The position numbers were made by a program, and so were the translations under genes. DNA of 64,000 nt from Rhodosorus marinus CCMP1338 (taxonomy: Eukaryota; Plantae; Rhodophyta), in contig JAMWBK010000011.1 in NCBI GenBank assembly GCA_029953675.1, positions 682,001 to 746,000 on the forward strand, written 5' to 3'. Every line of letters starts with the position of its first letter. Within the stretch, counting starts at the first letter, position 1. The notes under the pieces are model-generated. The model was not told the origin of the DNA, ran no database searches, and was given only the letters and a program-made list of their open reading frames with translations. Of this stretch, positions 34,663-46,505 are shown piece by piece.

Positions 34663-36099
34663 ATGAATTACATTGGGGATATTTTGGATTGGTGTCGGCC
34701 GTCGACAATCGCGTGGCTGCTACAGGTTGAGAACGATGGCAGTGCAGTATCAGAAATGGCAAACGAGCGTGGGCTGTTCGTTCTGGACTTCACTTCGAAC
34801 CTTCCGGTCACCGGAACGTTCCTTAATGACTTTTCGAAACCGACTTTGTACTTGGTCAAGGAGATGTCCGCGGACCTCGTCCAAGGATATGGATGGATTA
34901 TGACTCAAAACAGCACCGAGGGCTATAGTGGACCCTTGGATAGCGTGGAAAGGACTCGGTTTGTGAAGTCTTCCACTATTGCCGGGGGATTGCGATATGC
35001 ACAGGTTTCACAGACTTCTGGGGATTTCTTGTCAGTGATCTACTGTGAGGAGTCCGCAAACGATTTAGCATGCGTGAGTGTGAGAGTGGAGCGGAAAACC
35101 GGTAAAGTGCTTGAGCAGAGCACGTTCGAGCTGCAGAGGACCTGCTCTTTCTGCTCTTTGAGGACGTCCTGTTGCAAATGTCCCTCGACGCTGAAGAACG
35201 GGGAACGTGACCTCCTGCACGAGATCACCTTTGATCAACTGCATGAAGAGGGTCTCAAGTCTTCCGAAAACGGAGATTATCTGGACGGCGTTTGGAACGC
35301 CTTCATCCTGTTCTGGAACACGTATATGGAGGGACGCTGGGTGTACGAGTCCGGAATTGGTCTGGATTTTGTCTTCGAATACAAGCTGATATCAAGTCCA
35401 ATGAAGGTTGGGCAGCACATCGCCGCCATCGATGAATACTCTCAGAGGAAGGCTCACGAGACGCTTGCGCGGTCTGAGATGAAATATGAGAACCAAGTTA
35501 ACGCCGCTTTTGAGGAGATCGCAGCTGAGATCCTCGTATCCACCTCCGAGGCGGATACACTTGCACCGCTTGGCCAACGATCAACAATCCCACTCCACTC
35601 AGAACGGATATTGCACGCGACTGCCTCCGAGCGATCGTTGAAGACCATGAGCGATGGGAACGTACCTTCGTCTTCCAACTCCCTGCCCGGTTTCCATGAT
35701 TGCAGCCAATGTGGAAAGCATTTTGCTCGAAACTATGACCTCCGACGCCACTATGATGCGGTCCACCTGCAGCTGAGACAGCACAAGTGCAAGGACTGCG
35801 GAAAGGGTTTCAACCAAGCGTCCCATCTTCGCGACCATTGGAGTCAGATCCACGGCGAAAAGCACATCCGTTGCACGTTTCCGGGCTGCAACAAGACGTT
35901 TGCCGTTAGACATCGCTACGACCGACACGTCAAGGGCTCGCACCACGGTCGATCCTTCGGATGCGACAAGTGCAATCGATCATACAGAGAACGAAGTCAC
36001 ATGCTCAAGCATAGGCGCACTTGCAACGGGACGCCTTCTCCGAGGAGGCAGAATAACAACAACGGAAGCGTAGCTTTCGCTTTATTTTCGCAGTTCTAG
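34663..36099 (+). CDS. ZF1: intronless protein, unassigned N-terminal domain with a CxxC-x5-CCxC cluster plus four C-terminal C2H2/C2HC fingers
   Basis: Fingers CSQC..HYDAVH, CKDC..HWSQIH, CTFPGC..HVKGSH, CDKC..HRRTC. Central RTCSFCSLRTSCCKCP. Confidence 0.85.
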   Translation: MNYIGDILDWCRPSTIAWLLQVENDGSAVSEMANERGLFVLDFTSNLPVTGTFLNDFSKPTLYLVKEMSADLVQGYGWIMTQNSTEGYSGPLDSVERTRFVKSSTIAGGLRYAQVSQTSGDFLSVIYCEESANDLACVSVRVERKTGKVLEQSTFELQRTCSFCSLRTSCCKCPSTLKNGERDLLHEITFDQLHEEGLKSSENGDYLDGVWNAFILFWNTYMEGRWVYESGIGLDFVFEYKLISSPMKVGQHIAAIDEYSQRKAHETLARSEMKYENQVNAAFEEIAAEILVSTSEADTLAPLGQRSTIPLHSERILHATASERSLKTMSDGNVPSSSNSLPGFHDCSQCGKHFARNYDLRRHYDAVHLQLRQHKCKDCGKGFNQASHLRDHWSQIHGEKHIRCTFPGCNKTFAVRHRYDRHVKGSHHGRSFGCDKCNRSYRERSHMLKHRRTCNGTPSPRRQNNNNGSVAFALFSQF

Positions 36100-36459
36100 A
36101 TCTCTCCGCGGAAACCGAACAGACTCCGGCGAGGCCGGCAACGAGCTTTGGAAAACTTAAGAGCTCGAAGTTCTCTCCTCACTTTCATTTATATATATCT
36201 AATTCTCTTAGGAGCGTCCTTCTCTCAACAAGCGCTCGTCTCTTAGAGGGCCGTTGACGGACATTGTATATAAGGAACGATGATAAAATACCTCCAACAA
36301 ACTAGTTCATGCTGCGTTGACATGCCAAGCGGTATTTCTCACGGTAGATTCTCAGAAGTTGGGACTCTCAATGACCGAAAAAACTGTTCTTAATTATATT
36401 TTTCGTTAGGACTCCGTAGAGCCATTATTCCTAGTTTGGCTATTTACAAAAGGGGTGGA

Positions 36460-37125
36460 TCATGATGCTCGGGAAAACTCAATTTCCTCCCAGGGCGTGC
36501 TTCCGTCGATCTCGTATTCATCGTTATTGCAGTCAAATGACTGACTTGGTACTTCAAAGAAGGGAAAATTCTTGTGCTGCTGAGGTACTTCTAGTGAATT
36601 GTCTTCCCAATCCTTGGTATCCCATGCGCCTAAGTCGTTGTCGACCCGTTCAGTAGTCTGATTCTGGTGGTTAAAACCGTCAGGGTATATCGGAAACTCT
36701 GTGCCTTGAATCCAATACCCTCCTTCTTCCGTTCCTGAGGTCGGCTGACGAATATCTTGAGCAACAAAACGATCATCTGCATAGTTCTCCTGAGATTGGG
36801 GTCCTGCACCAGGCTGCGCCAAGGAGGGCAAAGTCCGAGCGGAGGCTTCCGGCTCTGGTGCGGTGCTCATGAGTTCCAGACTTTCGTAGTCGGCAGCCAT
36901 GTGCTCACGCCTTGTGTGCAGATTCAATTGAGCCTTCCAGTCGAAGTTCATATTGCAGGTTATGCAGGCATACTTCTTAATACCCAAGTGCACCACGGCC
37001 ACATGGTGATCTCGGTTCCAGCTTCTTGTAAAGCTCTTCCGACAAAATTCAAAAGTACAAGGAAAGATCTTCCTTTGCCTCTTCCTTGGACTGGACTTCC
37101 TCTTGAAGCTCTCGTTTCGCAACAT
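36460..37125 (-). CDS. ZF2: two-finger C2H2 protein with acidic C-terminus, convergent on ZF1
   Basis: CTFEFCRKSFTRSWNRDHHVAVVH and CITCNMNFDWKAQLNLHTRREH. First ATG at 37125 (ORF open to 37209); start uncertain. Confidence 0.75.
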   Translation of the reverse strand: MLRNESFKRKSSPRKRQRKIFPCTFEFCRKSFTRSWNRDHHVAVVHLGIKKYACITCNMNFDWKAQLNLHTRREHMAADYESLELMSTAPEPEASARTLPSLAQPGAGPQSQENYADDRFVAQDIRQPTSGTEEGGYWIQGTEFPIYPDGFNHQNQTTERVDNDLGAWDTKDWEDNSLEVPQQHKNFPFFEVPSQSFDCNNDEYEIDGSTPWEEIEFSRAS

Positions 37126-38658
37126 ACTTTCCAATCTGGACGTCTTCCTCAAGCCTATCACCGGCTCCAAACTGTCCACGCGTTGCCAAGCACCCTCCCA
37201 AGAGTTCACCCTCCCCCCCCTCTTTATAACAGTTCAACAAGACGGATTCTCATCCCACCAGGTGGGCACAGCGCGCTAGGGATGCAACTAGGTGCAGCTC
37301 AATGCACTGACAAAATCAGCATCTTTAACGCTTCATTTCCTGAGAAAAATTTCAATCGCTATCGCGTCAAGCAAGGCGCGCACCTGCCAAAAGCTCGAAA
37401 GCAGAACGCCGAACATCAGGGTGCTGTCATTCGCCCTCCGGCTTCTTCTTGCGGCTCATCTCAACCCATCCGTACTCAATCGAAATTTACCAGAATTCCA
37501 CTAGTTCCTCAACATCAGGGTCCTCATCAGGGTCCCAACCCCCCAACCCTCTCATTATCGCAACTGCTCAATAGCTATTAAAAGGAAGCTAACATCAACC
37601 GCTGCCGTCAACGGGCCAATAAAAAAGATCCCAAGCAAAAACTTTTGCACTAAACTATATTCTTGAACTCAAAATGGCGTGAAAAACAAAAGGAAAAACG
37701 TCCTCCATAGATTTCTCGTGCTTCATTGGTTATCCAACTTCATGACGACGAAATAAAAGTCACTCCATTGGTTAAAGATGAGAACTGTAGATTTTCCGAG
37801 AAAGCAACATTTCTTCTCAATACACAAAAATAGATTGTTTTCGGACAGGTGTCCTCGTTTTAGAGGTCAAATGGCAGTGTCGCGAACGTGTGATAATTTG
37901 GTGGGGAGGGGGGGGGGGTCCTTCCTTTTTGTTGGTTTGATGGAATGGGGTTGGTGGGGACTCGAGTTATCGTCCTCCTAGCTCTGCTAATGAACTCGTG
38001 TGTTCCCGCCCCCCAAAAATGTACGTTTCTTGGATTTTTGGATATAAAATGAAGGATTAAGGAGTTTTCTGCAGTACGCAAAAGGGCGTCTTTCAACCTA
38101 AGGATGCGATCTATTTTGATCCGAAAGACCAGGTATTGATAGATGCGCATAAAACATTGACGATACGACTATATTTATCAGATTCGAAGAGAGTATTTTT
38201 GATTCTGCGCTGCTGCAATTTTGAAGACTTTACTAGGAGCGCAGGTGGCGATGGGATGGAGTTGGGCGGGATTGGACGAAGAAGTTGTGTGATGTTGATA
38301 GAAAGTAGAGCGTGTCTCTCTGGACTTTAACCAGAGGCTGGGTGAATCAAGGATTGGAAATTTAAATTTCGTTTTACTGGGGTCCCGATAGGGGCCTCTA
38401 TTCCGTGCCGAAGGGAACGCTCGGCGTGGGAAAGATTGCCCTACAGGTGTTGTTGAGTACCCCCCGCTCAATTCACGACGTGTACGACAACAGCGCAGAC
38501 CCCGGGTCCCTGTAATCAAGAGGGGAGTCGGGTGAGGAAAAGATTGTGTTGAAGGGAGCCTAGAAAGAGGACGAGACCACGAGGAAGCAAGGACTTGTAC
38601 ATAGAGTATTCGCACGCGAGAGCCAGCAAGCGGAAGACCCTATCATACTTGTAGGGTT

Positions 38659-39357
38659 TTAAGGTCCTCGTGCGGTTGAATCCACCAATACGTCTCGAGC
38701 ATACACCACGCCTCCCCCAGATAAATCCGAAGCTCGAAAGATCACGGCATATTCACAGCATAGTGATCTCAGCAGATGACAAAGATTCCATTCCGATTGT
38801 ATTCCCAACATCGACCACTTCTGAGGAGACCCTGGAACGCAATCTGAAACAATTTTATTTCCATAATTCAAGAACCTGGCTCCTGTGCTCAACATTTTTC
38901 CTATAAATTTTAGTCAGTAAACGCAGCTACATGAATAACAACTGATTTGGTTGGAACCTTTTTTGTCAGTGTAGGTACTCGAAATTTGTTCCAATGAATA
39001 CGCAAAACGTTCAGACTCCTTCAGCGCTAGACGACAGGGTGACGTTTTCGCCAAATTGATGAAGCGCTCCACGTTTTCAGATGAAATCAGCGTTCGGCTA
39101 CCTTGGGAAGAAAAGCTGTGACGAGAGAGCTGGCTTCCGATAGTAGATGGCGTTTGCAGGTTTGCGGTCTGGGAAACAGTCCTGAAGTCAAGCCGCGGCA
39201 AGCATTCGACGAATCCAAAGATGAAAGGCGCAATAAATCCCCGAGGGGACGCAGCCGACTGGAGGATGGTCACATTCACAAAGGCATCCCAGCAGAGAAC
39301 CTGCCCGTCGTCGAGTATGAGCACTACGCTCCCACGTTGAGGGCAAGGGAGGGCTAA
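38659..39357 (-). pseudogene. Finger-less family member interrupted by one in-frame TGA (38914-38916)
   Basis: ORFs 38914-39324 and 38659-38895 share a frame. ISSENVERFI resembles LDSVERTRFV, and SNQISCYS..FIGKML resembles ANDLACVS..KTGKVL. Confidence 0.38.
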
Positions 39358-39811
39358 CTATCTAACCGCTCAACCTATTCGGACAAAGATCGTGCCTGAA
39401 GACTGCATTCTAGGAACGAATCTGCACCGACAGAATGCGGTCGGTCCTCTCTTCATTCGACGGTTTTGTACGTAAGCTGATGCTTACAACTTGGCAAAGG
39501 AAAACGGCGTTTCTCTCCGTATCGCAGCGTGCATGTGATGGCTGTTATAGCTCAAGTTCCGATTTGCCAGATCTCATAAACGATATTGTGACACTTTATT
39601 TGAATTCCGGATAGTAGTAAAACGGTATAGATCATGAAAATAAAAACAAATAGAGAAGTACAGAGCGCGTTCATTCCAAAAAGAACTGTAAACGAGATCC
39701 TTAAACTAGAGGATACCGTCCCTTATTTAAGCCCGATCATGTCTTAACACAATAACAGCTGTCCATATATATTTGTAAAACACTACTAATTTTGTGCCCC
39801 ACTAGTTTTCT

Positions 39812-39822
39812 GACAGCCTGTC
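39812..39822. promoter_or_regulatory. GACAG-N-CTGTC palindrome
   Basis: GACAGCCTGTC; the same motif occurs at 6047, 13373, 48757 and 63614. Confidence 0.5.
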
Positions 39823-40758
39823 GGCACCGGGGTAGAAATTATTTTCGTATTGTATATTGTTGTGGTTGGTTTAGATCTTGTTAGAATGAATGGATTCAAA
39901 CTTTTGACTTGAAGAGTCTAAATTTGGATAGGCGGTTGTGGATATTTCTCCAATTTGGTGGGGACAGGGTTCAGCCTTTGGCGAATGGAAAATATCGGAA
40001 ATGGCTTTTGGAAGGGGAAGCGACGAACCGGTTGGATCTGGGATGCGGACTCACGACCACCGAGGGTAGTTTTCCGAGATTGTTTCTTGGACGGTTGCTA
40101 GCTGCGTCAAGTAGAAGCAGTATCACGACCATTTCATTGGGGAGCGCTTGCTGTTTCAACAGCAGGGTCTGTTGCTTTGTCGGCATCATGCGCTTTCGAA
40201 AACCCTAGGGGAGCGATCCATGGAGTTCCAGTCCTGTAGAGCCCCCGTATTCTGGTAGACTTGCCGCTGATATGTTTCCTTGAGGTATCCTCATAGTATT
40301 AGAGCTGGAATCCGCGAAAGCGGAAGTCGTGCATGTCCATGAGATGCCATCGTCGGGTTCACACAATATAGTGCACGTAACAACGTCCGGCAACTGTGGC
40401 CAGCCGGGCTCGCTCCTCTGCACGGGGGTGGAAGCGCCGATCGAATGGATCTTAGTAGCAAGAGTTTTGAGGAATGAAGACGGTGGTAGTGTCCCGTTGA
40501 AACTTGCTAAGGAATAAGGACACCGCGGTCAAGGGCGGGGAGATCGCGGATGGCATTCGTCTCAAGTGGGTGCGTCAGGTAACTCACAGGAACTTGGGAT
40601 TTCATCCTTGCTTTCAGAGGATCGGAGGTATTCCTTTTGATCACTTTGAGGGCACGATCTTTCAGCTATTTTGTTTGTCCTCTGCGGCAGCTGTGGCTTT
40701 GGATTTCTTCGGGCTTGTACATTTCTTTTGTTCGGAGACGGAGCGGCAACCGAAAAGG

Positions 40759-42098
40759 ATGTGGTCGATCATAGATTCTACTCTTCGGGAAGGGGAGCAA
40801 TTTATCAACGCTAACTTCTCTCTACCGCAGAAGAAGGAAATCGCGCTCATGTTAGATAACTTTGGGGTGGACTACATCGAACTCAGCAACCCGGCATCTT
40901 CAGAGCAGAGCAGAATAGACTGTACGGCCATCGCCAACCTCGGACTCGGCTGTAAAACTCTAACCCATACGCGATGTAACTTGGAAGACGTTAGACTCGC
41001 CATAGACACAGGAGTCGATGGCGTTGATCTTCTTTTCGGAACCTCCAAATACCTCCGCGACTACGCCCATGGCAAAAGCATCGACTACATAATCGGTAAG
41101 GAAAAATAGCCGCTGCGACCTGATGCACAGCTCATGCAGCGAAGCTGCGCTGGATACCTTGGGGTGCGCCTCCCGTGGCTCGTCCTCTTTGCGTTCTTGC
41201 TGACCCACGTTCTTTCCCATTCTTCTCAACGCCGTGCTTAACAGCAAAAGCCAAAGAGGTGATCAGCATGGCGAAAAATGCGGGCTGCGAGGTTCGGTTC
41301 TCATGTGAAGACAGCTTCAGAAGTGACGCAGAGGATCTGGTTCGAGTCTACCGAGCCGTGGATCGAGTTGGCGTGGACCGTATCGGTATAGCGGATACCG
41401 TAGGGATTGCTCACCCGCAGCAGGTTTCTGAGCTTGTGAGCTCGCTTCGTACTGTTGTCGACTGTGATATTGAGGTGCACTTCCACAACGATACCGGCTG
41501 TGCCGTAGCGAACGCGCATTCGGCTGTACAGGCCGGGGCCACGCACGTCGATACTTGCGTTCTGGGGATCGGAGAGCGGAATGGGATTACTCCTCTGGGT
41601 GGATTTATCTCACGAATGTATGCGGACGATCCTGAGGCTGTGAAAATGAAGTACAACCTGCCCATGATTCCGCACATGGACCACTACGTAGCCAACGCTG
41701 TAGATGTACAGGTACCGTTTAACAACTACTTGAGTGGGTACAGCGCGTTCTCTCACAAGGCGGGAATGCACCTGAAGGCTATGCTTCAGAATTCTTCCAC
41801 GTACGAGGCGTTGAATCCTGACGATTTTGGAGTCTCCAGGGTGGTCAACGTCGCTCACAGACTAACTGGATGGAACGCGGTAAAGAGCCGGGCGGAGCAG
41901 CTGGGATTGTCGCTGCCTGACCAAACGATAAGAGAGGCTACAAAGAGCATCAAAGCGGCCGCCGACGTTCGTCATATAACACTAGACGAGGTGGATCTGA
42001 TTCTACGTGACTTTGATACTCGCCAGATGAACAAGAGGACTGACGAGGGAAGGCTTCATGGCTCGAAGAGCGATCTTCCCACTGCCACGGAATGCTGA
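40759..42098 (+). CDS. LYS20: Homocitrate synthase (396 aa); exons 40759-41095 and 41245-42098
   Basis: [104 protein letters not shown]. No IPMS-type regulatory domain. One phase-1 GT-AG intron. Confidence 0.92.
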
Positions 42099-44588
42099 TC
42101 TTTGCTTCTGAGAGATATCCTTTCTGACCCATGGAAGTGCTAACTGATAAAGCGAGGTTGCTTCCTCGCATGCCATGTCTGTGTCCGTTTTTGGGGGGCT
42201 CTTTGTTGTATTGCGGTTCGTGTTGTACTAATATCTTGGCTTCTGCAAATTTTTTTTGTTATGTTCTGGTCTGCTAAGAAGGGGGGTATCATAGCTTCAT
42301 TGAATTAGAGATGCTTACTACTGAGGCCTCAGCGGATAAATTGGTAGAGCACCCTGCACCCAGGAAAGAACGAGGCACTCGCTTCCGAAGCTCTGCTAAA
42401 TTTGTTTCTCGCTTCGGGGCGGTGTTGGGTTTTAAAAAAACATTTCGCCTGTGCGCGGGAAAACGACTTGAACTTGTAATGCAACCGCAAGCTGTCAATT
42501 CAGTGCGTACTTCGGAGCATCCAGGGGCCCAATAACTAGCCACAAGCGAAACCGGTCTTTACCCCCTCCCGGGGTCCGTCGGAGCAGACGTGAAGGCTAG
42601 AAATCTAGAATCCACCGGCAGCTCATTCCATGGATTTTATACGATCAAGACCCCTACAAAGGAAAATTTGACGTTTCCATCCTTTTCGGCGTTGTTCGTC
42701 ATCCTTATTGACCATCCAAACATAGCCGGGAGTAATCGATTCGATACGGTGTGGCTCTACTGCGGCGAGCAGGATTTACAACCGAACATTTTGTTCAGAA
42801 AAAACTGTGGATTTGGGCTTCATCCCCTTGAATAATGCCTAATTTCCCAAGCGCCTGGCTTTCAACCAGTCCTTGGCGTGGAAAGGCCATCGCGGCTCCT
42901 ACAGCTCGTGCTTCTCCGAACTCACTCTCCCTGCCTCCCTCTGCATAATCGATGAGCTCCGTCCCTATCGCCAGACTTTCAAATGATTTGGTTCTTTTAA
43001 AGACCATCGCTTTGAGCCAGCAGTTCCTCTTCAGTGGGGAGCTTCGCCATCTTCTTCGGTTTTGAAGCCGAAAGAAAGCTCGAGTCGCGTGCCCAACCAC
43101 GCCTCCTAGGCGGGGCATGCCACGGCAAACAGCAGCTTTGGTTCGTCATCAGCGCCATCTCACCAACCATCGCATTGGCTGAAATTTCTTGATTATCACA
43201 AATGAAAACGACGAACAACTTGTTTTCCCCCACATTATTGGCTGTATTGCACTGTAAGATTCACAACCCGAGCTTGTTTTTGTTTTAAACATGGTCCAGA
43301 TATATGTTATTTTGATTCTTTTAGAAATCTATTATTTTTATTTTGTTTTACATTAACTGGTTTCGAAAAAACGGCCAATGCTCTGCTACGAATATATATT
43401 TTCGTTACTTTCTTTAGGTACAGCGATCCTCCATCATTTCGGTTTCGTTTTATGAGATGTTTAGTATAGACCCTCCAAAATTATTCTATTGCAAGATTAA
43501 TATAGTCCTTTAATTGGATAGCTGACGGAATAATGGCTTTTCCTTGATATGTTTTGCTTTTTGTTTAGGAATATCGGTCTAAATATTTACGTTTTCATGG
43601 AATATTCGAACAAGTCATGTCTCACTAGCTCCTCTTTTTACGATATTTTTATATTGCACGACGTATCCTATGTATTTTATTCAACTAGATGAATAGTTGG
43701 GTGATGAATTTGTCTAATATTAATATGTTGGTCGCAGCTTTTTTGGTTCGCCAGGGAACCTTTTGTTGGTATGGGAATGGCGATGGATTTTTTGAGAGAA
43801 GTCGAAATTTTATTTTGTTTTCATAGGTAGGACGATGTCAGCAAAGGAGATTGGGTACCAGTGTAGCTGAACTTGACTACCATGGTAAAACGATGGGTGT
43901 TGGGGTGAAAAAACCTGGCGAAGCTTACGAAAAAAACGTAGATAGAAGTGTTGAAACGCTGTGCGTCGATCGATGAGTGCAATAGTGCCATAGCTCTGAG
44001 TCGAGAAGGGTGGGGTGATGAACGCTGCGCTGGACTGCTTTGTGTGTATACTTTCTAAGAGTTGTTGGACGACTCAGCTTCGGAATATCCATCTTCAATC
44101 GGATTCGCACAGTGACGGAGCTCCACCTATCATACTGAACTGTGATGCTCCTTTGTATTACGTAGGATTTAAGCAATCTTTGAATCGGAGACTCAAAACA
44201 CAGGAGGAAAATAATTACTGAATGTGCCCCTCCCGAGGGAGTCATCTTATGGGCTAATAACAGACCATGGGGGTCAATCCTTCGTGGAGGTCGCACCTTA
44301 ACTTGATCCGGTCTAAAACCGAATGGTTTCGATTCCTCTGGTTCGTGCAGAACGTCGATTACTTAGTTCCCCGTTCGGTGACTGCGGGTGGCGATACAGT
44401 TTCATCCTTTTGTTTGTTGTTGTATCTATGCGAAGTCGAGATCCATCTTACTATGGGGAAAATTTTGTATCTTGAAATATGACCTTTTGATTGTTTTCCT
44501 CTAAAACAAAGAAAAATGGGAAGTTGGTTAGATGAATTAATTGGTCGCTGTGTGTTGGTCGATGTCTGGGTGAGTTTAGTTAAGAATA

Positions 44589-44752
44589 GTCTGGGTGACA
44601 AGGGCTGGCTAAGCCGTCGTTTCCATGGGGCGAGAAGGGCGGGGGGTTGCAGGGTTTTGAAGATCTACATCGTCTGGGTGACAAGGGCTGGCTAAGCTGT
44701 CGTTTCCCTGGGGCGAGAAGGGCGGGGGGTTGCAGGGTTTTGAAGATCTACA
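44589..44752. repeat. 83-bp tandem duplication (2 mismatches)
   Basis: gtctgggtgacaagggctggctaagc...gaagatctaca at 44589 and 44672. Confidence 0.95.
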
Positions 44753-45284
44753 CTTTGCTGATCACCTCAGGGGATTGTTGAGAGGTAGAAATATGGAAGC
44801 ATTTCAGTTTTTGAAGTTAAGCGCTCTCGACGGGTGGGTTTTTCAGTTAGCTAGGGGTTTGCTTTGGTGGGGAGGGTAGCAGGTGCGTACGCGGTGCTCT
44901 GTGGTGGCATCAGGGAAAGCTCTTGGCGAGCGTTTCCTTCGAAGGGGTGACGCACACCGCCCTTATCTGAATCGTGGCGGAAGTGCTCCCATTATTTTTC
45001 CTTCAGCTTCTTTTCGCGTAGATCGAGTCCGCTTTTGTGGAATTAGGATACCGAAAGTGCTTATATGACTGAGCGGTGGATGTCCACCTTGGCGGTCGAG
45101 GCTGACGGTTGGTAAGGTTGGAAAATATATGGTTGATAGGGCCTGAGCCGTCTACGGACAGCCCACCAGGTTGCCGGTGGTAGTTTAGTGGTTGCTTCAA
45201 GTTGCTGATGGCAGCCAACAATAGCATTCACGTAATTTCTTTTTAGACTCTGAACTTGTTCGAGAGACCGTTGAGCTGGAAACA

Positions 45285-46505
45285 ATGGAAGCTTTTAGGT
45301 TTTTGTCGGAGAAAACAACATCGTGGATAGCGTCTCCAAGTGAAACCGACAAACACATCTTGACGGACTCGAGCATACCGGGAGAGACCAGTGTGCTAAC
45401 CCTTTCACGCGTGAGCGGATTACTTCCAGGAGCATTGGTTGATCAGATACTATGTTCATATCTCGTTTGGACAACCAATATAGAGGGGCACGTGCTCGGA
45501 ATGGGCCTCGCGCGGTCTGAGGACGGAGGATCCACGAGGCCAGTTCGATTTGTTTTTGTTCGGCACGCAGGAAATGTGAGGATAGGAATATTTTCAGTCC
45601 GAAACACAGATGGTTCGGCGGTTGTTTGGTCATGGACAGAAACCAGCAGGTCTCTTGCGCAAGTTCAGATCGCTAGAGTAGATCGAACAGGAGCCATTGA
45701 CGGAGAACAGATGAAACTTTCACTAGAGCAGACAGTGGCTGGTGAGGAGGTTAAAGCCCTACCCGGTGGCGTAGTCAGCACGGATAGTATGATGGCAGGG
45801 ACAGTTTCCACGGTTGGAGCGAGATACATGGACAACAACCTTGGCAGGCTCTCTTATTTTCTCCACGGGGTTTGGCTCTTTCGCGATGATCACGTTTCGG
45901 ACTCGGACTGCTTGATTAAGGTAACCTTCTCGTCTGACCGTGATGTAGTGGAGAAATTGAGTTCGCAAATTGAACGCAGCAAATGCCTGCTGGACGCGAT
46001 GAACCAGATCGATCTCCTACTGTCAGAATCCGCGTCCCTTTCGGGCGTCGAAGGGTCGCTGAAAACAGACAGCAGCTTTTCCGCTTCTATTGCCGACCCA
46101 TCGGAGCAAGGAGAAATCACTAGTCCTTTGGCAGGACGGTCGAGATTGCAGAGGAGGGTCACGTTCGACTCTTGCGAAATGCCTTTCAGTTCAACGTACC
46201 AGCTAGGTCAGCATATGAGATCTGCTCACAACCAAAAAAGAGAGTTCTCATGCAGGCATTGCAAAAGGACATTTACCCAATCGGGCCATAGGAACGAGCA
46301 TGAGCGCCGAGAGCACTTGGGAGAAGGGCTTGCTTGCGAGCTTTGCGGGAAAAAGTTTGGGGTCAAGTCCAGGATGGAGAGACACGTGAGATCTGTGCAT
46401 GAGAACATTCGAAGCCATGAATGCGGGGTTTGCGGAAGCAAATTCAAGCAAAAATCGCACTTACAAAAGCATGAAAGATCCCATCAGTTTGCAAAGGACA
46501 AGTAG
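45285..46505 (+). CDS. ZF3: family N-terminal domain plus one degenerate and three intact C2H2 fingers, intronless
   Basis: 406-aa ORF with CRHC..QSGHRNEH, CELC..VKSRMERH and CGVC..QKSHLQKH. The first finger (TFDSCEMPF) lacks its first Cys. Confidence 0.85.
   Translation: MEAFRFLSEKTTSWIASPSETDKHILTDSSIPGETSVLTLSRVSGLLPGALVDQILCSYLVWTTNIEGHVLGMGLARSEDGGSTRPVRFVFVRHAGNVRIGIFSVRNTDGSAVVWSWTETSRSLAQVQIARVDRTGAIDGEQMKLSLEQTVAGEEVKALPGGVVSTDSMMAGTVSTVGARYMDNNLGRLSYFLHGVWLFRDDHVSDSDCLIKVTFSSDRDVVEKLSSQIERSKCLLDAMNQIDLLLSESASLSGVEGSLKTDSSFSASIADPSEQGEITSPLAGRSRLQRRVTFDSCEMPFSSTYQLGQHMRSAHNQKREFSCRHCKRTFTQSGHRNEHERREHLGEGLACELCGKKFGVKSRMERHVRSVHENIRSHECGVCGSKFKQKSHLQKHERSHQFAKDK

Noticed and set aside
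36757-37581. 274-aa plus-strand ORF
   Set aside because: Antisense to ZF2; TTG start, no motifs.
40550-40582. [10 protein letters not shown] micro-ORF with a GTAACT donor upstream of HCS, resembling a red-algal plastid transit start
   Set aside because: The only in-frame acceptor I found gives a 41-nt intron, shorter than any other here; needs transcript data.
42795-43233. VGEMALMTNQ and EFGEARAV resembling a cyclic-nucleotide-binding motif
   Set aside because: Isolated short matches in different frames without the rest of the domain.
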